From: Strigamia acuminata
Lineage: Eukaryota
DNA length: 64,000 bases
NCBI GenBank assembly: GCA_949358305.1
Contig: OX442314.1
Location: forward strand, 15,748,001-15,812,000
Direction: 5' to 3'
Shown: positions 1-11,700 of the stretch, piece by piece
Position numbering within the stretch: the first letter of the stretch is position 1
How the letters are laid out: each line of letters starts with the position of its first letter
Translations under genes and position numbers: made by a program
Notes under the pieces: generated by a model
The model's database searches: none
What the model was told of the DNA's origin: nothing
What the model saw: only the letters and a program-made list of their open reading frames with translations

Positions 1-1191
1 CATAACGTCAAGTATTTTCTAACTCAAGTGTGACTTACATTTTCTCGTGGGAAAGGATTTTAGTTGTTCAACAAAACTCCAAATTAAAAAAAAAAATATT
101 AAAAAAAAAAAAATTAAAATTCCTCTCGAAATAATTCAATTTATTTCAATCGAAACCGTCCGATAAAAATCCCGAAAACAATTCTTTTAACCACGGCCTA
201 ACGACAATCTACTTATCTTAATAGCAGCAAAAACTCCACTATTTTTTCCTCCCCATCCACCAAAAAAAAAGAAAAAGAAAAAGAAACACAACAACGTAAA
301 GCCGAACCCCGTACTTACCAAATCCCAGCCTTCGAATCACTAAACATCCTTCCAAAACCGAGTGAAATAAAACGAATCCAAACGAAAATGTGCGCTGTTG
401 ACAATAAGTTACCGTCGGTGCATGTGTTGAACAAAACCAGTGCAACACAAGACACAAAGGTGGGAACTTTGTGTTTCCGCTTCTATCCCTATGGGGCTGA
501 TTAATCCCTGCGGCAATTTTCAGTGATGCCGTCTCGAAGACCCAACTCAAACAGTCAAAACCTAAACGACGTAATAAAGTAACAACTGTTCCCCTTAACC
601 ATTCAATAGAAATATGTTGGAAAAAATATTTTCAGGTGCGTCACGCATCACCTTACTACATAATATAAATTTCGATAGAAAATCAGCCACCTGGAAGCTC
701 TAGGTTCTATGGGTTCACACAGGAAGCAGGTGTGCGCCCACATCCGGATGAAGACATCCTCACTGCCCAGCTTAGTGACAGACTGGTCAGTGGTCAGGAT
801 TTATTTGAAAATTAAACTGAAGTGACGACAGGAGTTGTAAATTCCTCTCCGAATCTCGAGATTAAGTGTTTCATGATCCAGTGTATTTTTTTTTATTCAA
901 AAAATTTATTTCATTGCAACGAATACAATTAGAAATAATTGGTTAATTACCAGAACAAATTAATTTGGTAATCTTTTATACTTTTATATGTTCATTTTAT
1001 TAAATGTTTTGCCAAATAATTAATGGTTTTAATCAATTGGAATGTTTTGCACTGATTTTAGTGCAAATCAAAATAAAAATAATTAAAAATAGTTTAAATA
1101 TAATCGTAATTTCGGCACAGTATAGAAAGAAAAAAATGAAAGAAAAAAACTGACTTGGTCAGATTGAAAAACCAATCAAACGTAAATATTC

Positions 1192-4100
1192 CTACGAACG
1201 TCCCAATTTATCCAATATGTTCATTCCCTTTTCTAAGTATTCTTCTCTCATCAACCAGAAGAAATCGCGGTCTTTCATCACTTCGGCCAACACGGCACCA
1301 CCAATGAACACCATATCTTTCCGGCCTGGTGGATCCTCAATTCGAATTTTAAATTTCTGCAAAAAAATAAAATAATTAAATTAAAATGGGCGCATTTAGA
1401 GTCGCGAAAAAAACAATCGCAAATCCAGAAAGCGCGATTATTTTTGCTGCAAGACAACATAACACGAATCCTGTAAATAGGCAAAGTATCTGGAATCTGG
1501 ACTGCCGCAAATCCGTATATTGCGATTCACGATTTAATTGTACACGCAATTAAATCGCGAATTTTAAATTACTAAAAAAAAAAACCTTTTCTTTATTTTG
1601 GTGAAAAAGGTTCGCGGTTTATTTAACTTGACCTCGCACGTGTGATTCCGTTCGATGCTGAGTCCGTTCAAGGAAAAGGAAGAAAAGGAAAAACAGACAT
1701 TTTTCTTTTTCCGTTTTGTTTCCATAAGAATAATTAAAAATAGGAAAAACGGTATTTTTGCCGTTTTCCTGTTGATTTTTCCATCCTGAATAATAGCAGT
1801 AGGCCTCAGTGCGTGATACTATAACGGCGGCAGAGCTATAGACTGGACTGGCCTGACGGAATACTGTAAATTTCCCGGTGCCCCGTGATAGGGTGAATTT
1901 TTTTTCATTTCACTGGCCTGATCCCGTGGCCCGACCTATCCAGATCTTCCGATATTAAATGTAGCTCGATCTATCTGATACTAAATTTGTACCCAGTCCA
2001 GCACTGACCGGCGGCACGATACTGGGAACACGGTACATTTTTTTCTAGAAAGTGCCGTGTACCCAGGGCTGGACTGGGAACAAATTTATTGCCGGGAAAT
2101 CTGGGTGTCCGGGCCACAATTAACGAAGTCGGGACAGGCCACAGCAGGCCGCGACAGGCCACAGCGGCCACGGGCCACCGGGCCAGTCCAGCACAGCGTG
2201 TACCTCGACTTTGCTTAGGCAGACTGGGTTTCATTGAAGACGAAATGCGATTTGGTGCGGAATTTATGGTACATGACAAAAATTGACACAGTCTACTGGA
2301 AAGTTGTCGGTATTCCGCTGGGCCAGTCCTGTCTGTAGCCCTGCCGCCGGTATAATGTCGCGTACGGCGGCCACGACTGTAAATGAGTCGGGATTGAAAA
2401 TTCAACAGGAAAACGAAAAGGAAAAATGGGCCATTTTTTTATTTTCTTTTTTCCTTATGGAGAACAAAATGAAAACGAAATAAGGAAAAAAAAAAACGTT
2501 TTCTTTTTTTTGCGTTTTCTTTTTTTTTCGCGGTTTCCTTTTTTTGAGTTTGCATTTATCGCGATTTGATTATTCGCAATTACTTTTTGTAATCACGAAA
2601 ATCGCAATATATTTTTTCGCGACAGTAGCGCCCCCCCCAAAAGAACAATTTGATGAATTCAAAATTGCGGCCAGGTCTGTTTAGGGGCCAGGGCCCGTCT
2701 TAAGCGACCACGGTACCTGGCACTTATTGTAATAAGCGCCAGATCCAAATAAGCGTCGGGGATCACAAAAACGACCAATTTTTGTAAAAAATCATCAATT
2801 ATTTAAAAAATTATTTATATTTTTTTTTAAAAATCCGTGATTTTTTGAAAAGCCACTTGGCCTGGGTTTAAATAGGCGCCGGATGGTCGGGTCTCGAAAA
2901 ACATTAAACTCCCGGACGTTTATTTGAAGCTTTACAGAATAATCTTTCATTACCGCCAATTTGTCAGTGTCTCCCTTAAAAATCCTCTCTAAATGCAACT
3001 GTTTAATTTCCCGTTCTAATCGACTCGGGAAACCGGGATACATGGTTGAACCTCCAGAAAGTATAATATGCTTGTACAAGTCCGTTCGGATGTCGATCGT
3101 AGCATTCTGAATCGTGCTGAAAACCAACTCTGCGATCCCTAGTCCTTCCACATTGATTAAATGTGGTTGGAACAAAGCTTCAGGTGCTTCAAATCGTTCA
3201 CCTCCAACTTTAATTATGCGGCCGTCAGGCAACTGGCAAAAAAAAAATTACAAATTAAAATTACAAAAGTATATTAGGTTAATCACATTCAACTTACTGT
3301 ATATGACTCGACTAACACTGTTGTTTCTAAAGCTAATTTCTTTTCTTGTTCTATATTGTATCCAATATAGCACAGTTTTTCTTTCATCATTCTAACGGTT
3401 TCAAAGTCCGCCGAATGGTTAAACGCGTAACCATGCAACAATAATAACTAATTGCAACATCGTAGTTTTAGTTAGACAAACAAACTAGAAAAACAGTGCA
3501 GGGGTTTCGAACCAACAAGTTTTAAAAACAATTTTGCGGATACAAATTACATTAAAACTTGCTGCTTGAAACCCCACAACGCATACTTTGATTAAATATC
3601 GGGTGATGTCACGACCGGCGATGTCTAAACGCCGAGTTAAACAAGGAAGAGCTAACCCTTCATAAACTGTACAAATGTGGGTAACGCCGTCGCCCGAATC
3701 GACCACAACTCCGGTCAATAATCCCTGCGCGTAGAGCGTTAATACGGCTTGAATCGCTATGTACCCGCCAGCAAAACCGTATTTTTCGAACATTACCTGC
3801 AATTTAAATGAGACAAATTTTTAAAAAAATCGCACACACAATTGAGTTTAAATCGTCGATTTACTTCGATCATTTTTTCCCGATTTTTTGTTGGGTTCAT
3901 CGGTGGTTCCGTCAACAAAATTTTGCACTCCGAAGGGATTAAATCCAACTTGTCTTTTCCAAACGTGTAATCCCACACGTGACACATGTCTTCCCAGTTC
4001 CTCACGATTCCATTCTCCATCGGGTAAGTTACTTCGAGCATTGAACGCAGTTTGCTCGCTTCGTCACCGACCATCAGATCCTGCAACACAAACCGATATT

Positions 4101-5230
4101 AACTTTTTTCTAAAATTAATATTTACCGTCACTCAAGTCCTGAAAAACCAACTAGTTTAAACTAAAAAACGTCATTAATTAAACAGTTTCATGCAAATTA
4201 GACTCGATAAAACATTTAAACACTACAAAATAAATTAATAAATCCCTGTCTCAAAAATACGAAAGAAAAAAATAAGTATATTTGAGCAAAAACATCGAAA
4301 ACTTGCAATAAAAATTCTCTTATTTTAGTTAACAATCCAAAAAATAACGAGACAAGCAAGAGTATGATAAGGATCATGCAAATTTGGTGGAAAACGACTT
4401 CTACAGAATCCAGACAGCAACTGGTAATAGATGTCACTTACTTGTCGATAATTACTGCTCTCCTAGGCAGCACGTGTTGAAAAGATGCACCATTCTCAAT
4501 TTACATACTTTTTTAAACTTTTTTTTAAATAAAAAACAATAATTTTTTTTTCCTTTAAGTCAGAATTGCCTAATTTCTTTCTCCTCTTATATGAAAAATT
4601 TTGAAAACTCTTGAGCAAACTTCGGATCAACTCACCTTAATCATTCCACCCTGTGTATAAAAATCAGCATTATAAAAATTTGAATAAAGGGGACTTTATT
4701 TTACTTAATAAAATTATTTCATTGATTAAAATTTTAAATTTGTATTTGCGATTACGTTTACCCGCACTCTTATACCGTTCGCAGACAAGTTTAAATTGTA
4801 TACCTTGATCTCGATGTCGCCTATTTTGCTGGCAGCTCGAATAATGGGTCTTCCGACCAATGATGGAAAAATGTGGGCAGGAAAATTTGATCCGGCATAG
4901 CCACATTTCACAAACTAAAATCAACAGAGAAAATATATTAGTCAACCAATCACGTGACCAAACTCAGGCCGAACCTCTACTCAATAGAGAAATATGATTT
5001 ATTCAAGTTTCGGGGATAAATTACTCGTATTTAACCTCAGCTAAATAACCAATTATAAAATCTTCGAATAAAAAACAAAACTTCAATTCCGGCGACAACA
5101 CTTGAATATTTCCTGTCCCTCCCACTGAGACACTTCAAGTAGTTAGTTAGGCCTGGTTAAATTACATTTTTAACCAACTTACCCCTGTGCCGTTATCACA
5201 AACAATCACTTTTCGTCCTTTTGAATCCAT
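1192..5230 (-). CDS. ACTR2: Actin-related protein 2 (Arp2/3 complex subunit), 7 coding exons, 392 aa
   Basis: Exons read by hand with GT..AG boundaries: 5183-5230 ([16 protein letters not shown]), 4804-4914 ([23 protein letters not shown]), 3865-4080 ([24 protein letters not shown]), 3587-3796 ([20 protein letters not shown]), 3298-3447, 2954-3232 ([28 protein letters not shown]), 1192-1356 ([20 protein letters not shown]..stop). Total 1179 nt in frame; motifs are characteristic of Arp2. Confidence 0.97.
1388..2636. mobile_element. Layered inverted repeats (probable nested MITEs) in Arp2 intron 6
   Basis: Inner arms 1797-1880 (cagtaggcctcagtgcgtgatactataacggcggcagagctatagactggactggcc) and ~2291-2379 (reverse complement cagtcgtggccgccgtacgcgacattataccggcggcagggctacagacaggactggccc). 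Middle arms ttttcctgttgatttttccatcc (~1764-1786) and gggattgaaaattcaacaggaaaa (~2390-2413). Outer arms gtcgcgaaaaaa (~1400) and ttttttcgcgac (~2612-2623). Confidence 0.7.
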
Positions 5231-5391
5231 GGCCGATTGGAAATTACTTATAAAATCCTTATTGCTTCATATGATTAGCTTCTCGTCGGCGGATCAGGCC
5301 GCAACATGGACGTCAAGTACAAAAAAAAACTGGAAACGGAAATATTTAGCTGTGGCGAAGAGAAAAGCACTAGGAAGAACTAACCGATTTC

Positions 5392-5402
5392 TGCGCATGC
5401 CC
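5392..5402 (-). promoter_or_regulatory. NRF1-like TGCGCATGC motif upstream of the Arp2 start codon
   Basis: ctgcgcatgccc lies ~165 bp upstream of the ATG; this motif type is common in housekeeping promoters. Motif match only. Confidence 0.3.
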
Positions 5403-6696
5403 AGTTTATATTCACAAGTTTAAGCGCGAGCTATTCCTAGTACATGATAGCAAAATCTGTTAAACCGTTGGAGCGATTTGTCGGAGACTTGTATTTCACG
5501 ATTGCAGTGTCTTGTCAACTAATTTTTTTTTACTTTTGTTATTATATTATGATGGTTTGACAGCCGTAAAAATATTTGGTTTCATCACCAGATCGCGCCA
5601 TGATGCAGTAAAGCGCCAAATTTCAATTGCCTAAATATTGAATATTTTTTTTTACATTTGTACTTGTATTTGCCGAATGGTAGTGATGTTTTAATTCCGA
5701 GTGATAGCGCTGTGTGTTTTCTTAGGTGTATGTGTGTGCATTATTTATGTATCGTTTGTTGTTCTTCACCCCACCACTCATTATCAAGTTGTTGTGTGGA
5801 CAGCGCCCGCCCCTTCCCTCACTGTTGCGTCGTTTCTATCAGTCATTGCCACGTCTTGTTAAAAATAATCTGCAATGCCAAAAAAGTTTTACTACAAGCT
5901 TAAACAAGCTTAAACAAGCTTGACTACGCAGAAAAAAACACTCGGGACTTCGGGAGCCAAAACTAGCCGATAATCGCAGTTTTTATTTAGCTTAGTTTAT
6001 ACCAGCTGGTACATGGTGGCAGCACCATTCAAACTACTGTTTTAGCGAACATTTCCACTGAAATTTCGGTGAAAAATAAATTAATTTTAAAAAATCATTT
6101 GTAATTTTTCTGCAAAACAAGTTTTGTGGTCAAATGTTTTTTTCAGTTTTGCCTGATTTGCTCCATTTTGCTCAATTTTGATTAATTTGTTGAAATTTGC
6201 ACAAATTTCTTAATTTTGCTGAAATTTGGTGAATTTAGCGGGTAGTCAATTTTGTTGAAATTTGATGAATTTGGTGAATTTTGTTCAAATTTCTTCTATT
6301 TTCTCACATAAAAATCCATCCAACGTGATAAATACTTCCCTACACCCAGAGACATACATGGTCTCTGCTAAACCACAGAATCAAGAATCGAAGGACTAGT
6401 AAACAATCAGGCATGTAGCCCCTTAACTTCACATTAATAATACTTCCGTCCTCTTTAGCCTGTGACTCTCGGACACCGAACTCCGGCCCCTGTCCTTAGT
6501 CCACCCCCCTACCGTAAGGAGGCATCCCGTTAATTGTAATTTGTAAGGGGTTTACGGATTGGCTCCCGTAAATCCCCATTGTACGCCATTTTGTTTTGAT
6601 TGAAATAAATCAAGTTTCTCGCTGTTTTCGAACATGCACGTACGTAATTGACTCACATGGCGCAGTTGATAGTCTTTTCCACAACTGATACACGTT

Positions 6697-6793
6697 AAAC
6701 GAACGGAACGAACAAAATAAACGAAACGAAATAAACGATACGAAACGAGACGGACGAAACGACCGAAATAAACGACACGAACGAGACGAACGT
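6697..6793. repeat. Degenerate ACGA/AAACGA tandem tract in the gag 5' leader
   Basis: aaacgaacggaacgaacaaaataaacgaaacgaaataaacgatacgaaacgagacggacgaaacg... Confidence 0.7.
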
Positions 6794-6823
6794 ACCTGTA
6801 ATAGACTGTACGAACAATACGTA

Positions 6824-7696
6824 ATGGCGGACCTGGACACCGCCACGCTGGAGGATTTATTGAATTCTACGAACATTGCCCTTCTGGTGCGATGTTCCTA
6901 CCAGGAACTACGCGCCGAAATCGACGCGCGGAACATTCAAATGCCCGTTGCCGCATCGAAGAAAGCTATGGCCGACGCGCTGGTCGCCAACAACATCGCG
7001 AAACGGGCGGCCGCCGCTCCGTTGTTGCCTGTCGACCCATCTCCAGTGATCGATCTGACGGATTTGAAGACGCTAATCACGCTTATGGCGTTCCAACTTT
7101 TAACGCCGCCGCCTACACCTCCTCCGCCGCCCGCCGCTGCTCCCCCGTTACTGCAAGTGGAACACGACTTGCATTCTGCGAAGTTTCGTCAACCTTTTGC
7201 CGGCGCCAAGACCGACGATATTTGGCAATTTATCCAGCGCATCAACACGGCCGCAGCTATCGGTGGCTGGTCGGAGGAAACAAAGCTCATCCAGGCCAGC
7301 CGGTTGCTGCGCGACCACGCGTTGGATTGGTATACGTTGCAAGGACAATTTCTTACCTCCTGGGCCGATTGGGAACACTCAATTACCGAGTTCTTGGGCA
7401 CAAATGAGACATGGATGCAATGGAAAGATCGCATGAACGCACGAGTACAACGAAAAGACGAGCCGCTTATTAATTACGTCACATCGAAATTCGCTTTAAT
7501 CCATTCTACTAAACGTAATTTCCCGATCCAGTCCGAGGACTGTGTGCTGATGGTGCTCGAAGGTATGCTGAACCACAACACGCGGAACAGCCTTTACATG
7601 ACCAAAAATTGGCCCATCGCCGAGGTGATTAAATATGTACGTGGGCTCGATAATATGCATTCGAGGTCGGGTGTTGGCTCCCTTCGTCCCGAATAA
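6824..7696 (+). CDS. gag: Retrotransposon Gag-like capsid protein (290 aa); degenerate zinc knuckles continue in another frame to 7949
   Basis: Ty3/gypsy capsid-like pattern FAGAKTDDIWQFIQRI..WSEETKLIQASRLLRDHALDWY..RVQRKDEPLINYV. The shifted frame contains KCTSPNCGRVG and FYHCQEWGHTTYTC (CCHC with the first Cys lost). Confidence 0.8.
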   Translation: MADLDTATLEDLLNSTNIALLVRCSYQELRAEIDARNIQMPVAASKKAMADALVANNIAKRAAAAPLLPVDPSPVIDLTDLKTLITLMAFQLLTPPPTPPPPPAAAPPLLQVEHDLHSAKFRQPFAGAKTDDIWQFIQRINTAAAIGGWSEETKLIQASRLLRDHALDWYTLQGQFLTSWADWEHSITEFLGTNETWMQWKDRMNARVQRKDEPLINYVTSKFALIHSTKRNFPIQSEDCVLMVLEGMLNHNTRNSLYMTKNWPIAEVIKYVRGLDNMHSRSGVGSLRPE

Positions 7697-8745
7697 ACCT
7701 TTCGCCACCGGCCACGAACAAACCCCGGAGTCGAATTCCGTGCAAATGAAATGCACCAGCCCAAATTGCGGTCGCGTGGGCCAGGGACGTATTAATCCGA
7801 ATAACTACCACAGGGGCGACGATATGACCAAGACGCAGTTCTACCATTGCCAGGAATGGGGCCACACGACATATACTTGCCCTCAGCCTAGGACTCACGA
7901 TTCCGCAGCAACTAAACCCACTCCACTCGTATACGTGACGGAGGCGTAAAAGAAGTAATGGTCCCTCAAATTTAAATAATTAAATCTACTACGGTAGTAG
8001 AACTCGTGTTTTTTCCATGTTATTAGGCGCGATGCGGCGCGAATAGCATCGCATAGAGATTTCGCCAGGCACCCTCAATTTTATAACGTTATTTCCGGTT
8101 TTCATCGACGAAGTACCGTTTTGCAATTTTGGTAATTTTGATTGTCAGTCGTCTTTACAAGTTAGAATCGCGGGTGTCTTGAATTAAAGCTTTTTTTCTG
8201 TTGGTAGTACTGACAATGTTGCAATCGATGGCGTCTTAGAATCGAAGAAATACGGTGACGCAATCTAGTCAATCTCTAGAATACCGGTACAGATTACAAC
8301 ACTGATTTTATTTTAGACAAACAAAATTTTTCTTAGTAAACAAAAAAAAAAATACAAAACTCATAGCTCATGCGAGCTTAATTTGTGCGGATATTTAAAA
8401 TTTACACTCAATTTTTTTTCAAATTAAAAAGTAGCTCGGAGTTTGAACTGTGCGGTTGGCAAAAACCCTACGATTATAGAAACATTTGTAATTTATTTGA
8501 ATTTTATTTAAAATATGTGGTGGTTAGATTCGTAATTTCTTGATAATTCGTAAATAATAGTTAACATTCAATTCAGATGTTATGCCTATTACTTTTAACT
8601 GTTTTAAGCATTATATCATAAAATTTCTAACAATTTCCTGCAAAAAGAATCTTTTAAGTACCGGTACATGTGCATCGAGATGTAATAAAATGATATCAAA
8701 GAAGAAAGGGTCTAACATTTTTAAACTATTTATTAACATACAGAT

Positions 8746-11700
8746 TTAGTCGCCAATTTTCACTGGAATGAGAACACAAACTTGCACAGTGTTTCCTGGA
8801 CCAATAAGCTGCCAGCGTACATCAACAGCAATCTAAAAAAAAACAAGAATAAAAAAGTAAGAATAAAAATAAAAATATTATCAAACAAATACTACCGCTG
8901 GATAAGACGATAGAACATCCATCGATGATTTATAATTATAAGTTTGCCCTGCGTCTATTTGACACGGTTCAGGTTTTGGGTCAAGTTTAACACAAGCATT
9001 AGGTGGCCCAATACCAATGTATGGTATTGCAGCCCCAAAAAGGATGCCATGAACTTGATGTAAGAGTGAGTCAGAATTTTCAGCTAAAATTAAATATGCA
9101 GTTAAAACTGTGCAAGCAATCACAAAAGTAAAAGAAAGTTATTTACAAGGTTTGAAATCAATTCCAATATTGACAGTATGGTTTCTTTTTAAAATACATC
9201 CTCCGTCTCCGTAAGGAGGGCATGGGTCTACTTTTACATCTAGAACTTCTCCGGCACCGGTCGGTGAAGCTAAAAGTGTGAAATATAAATTTATTTGAAC
9301 AGATGTGTAATGAGTTTGTTTTCGATCACTGGACAATCTGACAAGATATTGCCATTCAATCTTATTTGTACTTTGGAAATAAACAGATTAGCAATTTAAA
9401 GATCTAGGTCATATGTAAACCAAGTTAGTAGATCGTAGTATGATAAATTGACTTACCCAATCAGTAAATTATCGATTGACTTACTTGCAAAATTCCACCA
9501 CGACGACTTAGAAAAATTTCATTAACTGAAATTTCCTATATCCAATATCGGAATTGCGCAAGTGTATGTAAATTTTGCAATCGAATTGCGTTAGAAAAGT
9601 TTTAGAGATTTTTCGGGAAAGTTGGAAGATTATTTAGTTCTTAATTGAATTTTCAAAGAATTTTATCAATATAAGAACGAAGCTATTTGACAGATTTGGG
9701 TTAATTTTCTAAACTTTAAAATTTCAAACTCCAATAATTTCTAAACAATTCGAAAATGGAAGGTCATTCACAGAAAACATATGTGAATTGTTTTGTGATA
9801 ACTGATAAGCCAACAGTTGTTTCTGTTGTTTCTTATGAATTGCAATGGATCACTGATACTAATTATTAAACTTTTATTTCGAAATTCTAAAATTAGTTAA
9901 ATACAGCAAGACTCCTTTCTGCCGGATTGCTCATGCCGGAACTAGGATAAGTTCGCTGTACCACATTTAATTTGCTGTATTGTGAGTGTTCGGACGGACG
10001 CCACGTGGTCGGGGGAGAGCCACGGAGGCGCTGGACGCAACACACACGATAAAACAAACCACGAAATACACGGAGACACAATATAGTTTTAGTTATGGCT
10101 TTATTGGATGTCTAGGGGTATGATTGTAGTGTCCCATAGTGTATTTCCCAAGGCGGCGGTTCCTTCGAACCGTCCCTAATCAGACCGCGTGGCACGGCGG
10201 CCATCGGCCGCCATGACACACGAGGTCGGTAATCGGTTTTGGGCCACGCCGCCGAAGTTACGGTTAACGTCCGGCGGACGTGGCGCAACTGGACGCTCAG
10301 GTCCCGGCGGGCGATATCATCGCCACGCCGATAGTTTGGGTTATCTCAATAGCCAGTTTCGGAGGCGGTCGCAACACGACCGTTCGCCTTGCTGGTTGAT
10401 CAACAACTCTCTTGTCCCTACGGGGACCAACCACTTCCGGAAGGGCGACTTCCGGGGCCCGATCCTGCTTGACCAAAGGCCCGCAGCTCCACCTGGTTGC
10501 GGGGGACCGCAACAGGCTGCGCGAGATACGAGAGGCGCTGGAGCTGCGCCAAGTGCATTGCCGTTGCAGTGCAGCGACCCGTGCGCAGGGGCAGCTGGTC
10601 ACATTTCCCCCCCCTGGAAAAAGGTAAGTACGAGGGGGTACAACGCAATCACTGAAGTGGTTGTTGAAAGTTAACACATCGCATTACTTTTCTTTTTTCA
10701 GATTATCAGATGACCATATTTCGGACGAGCCATCAGCTAGAACGAAGATCACCGGTAGGAATGCACTTGGGAAAATAACAACACTACAAAGGAACACACA
10801 CACACTTACCCCCAGGATGGAAAACTTGTACAATTTAAACACTATTGAAAAATAAAAATGTAAAATAACACTTGTAATTTAAAAATATATATGAATAAAA
10901 AACACTTTTTGAACTTTAAAATCTAACATTTGTAGTTATTGAATCCATTTAACATTAAAAGGTAAGTATGCTAATTTTAACACTTTGGAATAATTAATAA
11001 TAAAAAAAAAACTTGTTTTGACAATAAAAAAAAATTATTTCTGGCACTATAAAAGTCTTAACAGGCTTGGCCAAAATCTCCTTTAAAACGGCGGCGAAAA
11101 CTTCACTGCAGCGATTTCCCCGGTGTGGGTGGCGTATCGTCGGTTTTTGGCTCTTCTTCAGTTTTGTCGTCGACGAATTCTTCTGCTAGCTTCTTGCGTG
11201 ACTTCTTATTCGACTTCTTTTTCACGGCGGTAGCTTTGGGCTCGGGAACGACTGGCGGTGGTGGTGGCGGCGTGTGCGACTCCTCGTTCGGTGCGCCGTC
11301 AATCTGCATCGCGGTCTCGATCGTTGCTTCGGTGGCGACTACATTGTTGTCGCAAACTGGTGGAGGATCCGCGAATCCCTGGAACACGACGTTCGTCGGG
11401 CGTTCTCCAACCATCGGCGGCATAATGACAGCCGGCGTCGCCGCTGTATTGGCACCAAACATCGTTTGCGGTAGTTGGCAGGCTGCTGGAAAAGCGATTG
11501 CGGCCGCCGTGGCTTTGGTCGGGATCAGGTTCACAATACCTTGGATTGGTTGAGGACCGTACTGTCCCGCCCAAGCTGTTCGTAGCTCATCGGGAGTTTT
11601 TTCCGTTTGAGCTGGGATTTTCTTAACGAGTGCGCGTGGCGCATTCGATGTGATTGTGGCCGATGGCGCAGTCAATTGCTGATGAGCCGCTTTCTCGGCG

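Larger units (their letters stand above)
6542..7949 (+). mobile_element. Truncated Ty3/gypsy-type LTR element: putative short 5' LTR, PBS and gag only
   Basis: TGTAAGGGG..CTCACA (6542-6657, contains AATAAA) is followed directly by TGGCGCAGTTGATAG (6658-6672), which resembles a tRNA-Ser PBS, and then by gag. No pol or 3' LTR is visible. The LTR left edge is uncertain. Confidence 0.7.

Noticed and set aside
239..840. Possible exons near the window start (minus-strand donors near 318 and 412; plus-strand stretch 636-840)
   Set aside because: No recognisable product or consistent gene model can be built within the window.
1971..2483. ORFs in Arp2 intron 6
   Set aside because: They fall within the inverted-repeat elements and show no transposase motifs.
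6892..7436. Alternative-frame ORFs inside the stand-alone gag
   Set aside because: Arg-rich frame shadows of a GC-rich gag.
8110..8257. Pogo/Tc1-like terminal motif gcgtcttagaatcgaagaaatacggt
   Set aside because: Only one convincing end is present, so the element boundaries cannot be defined.
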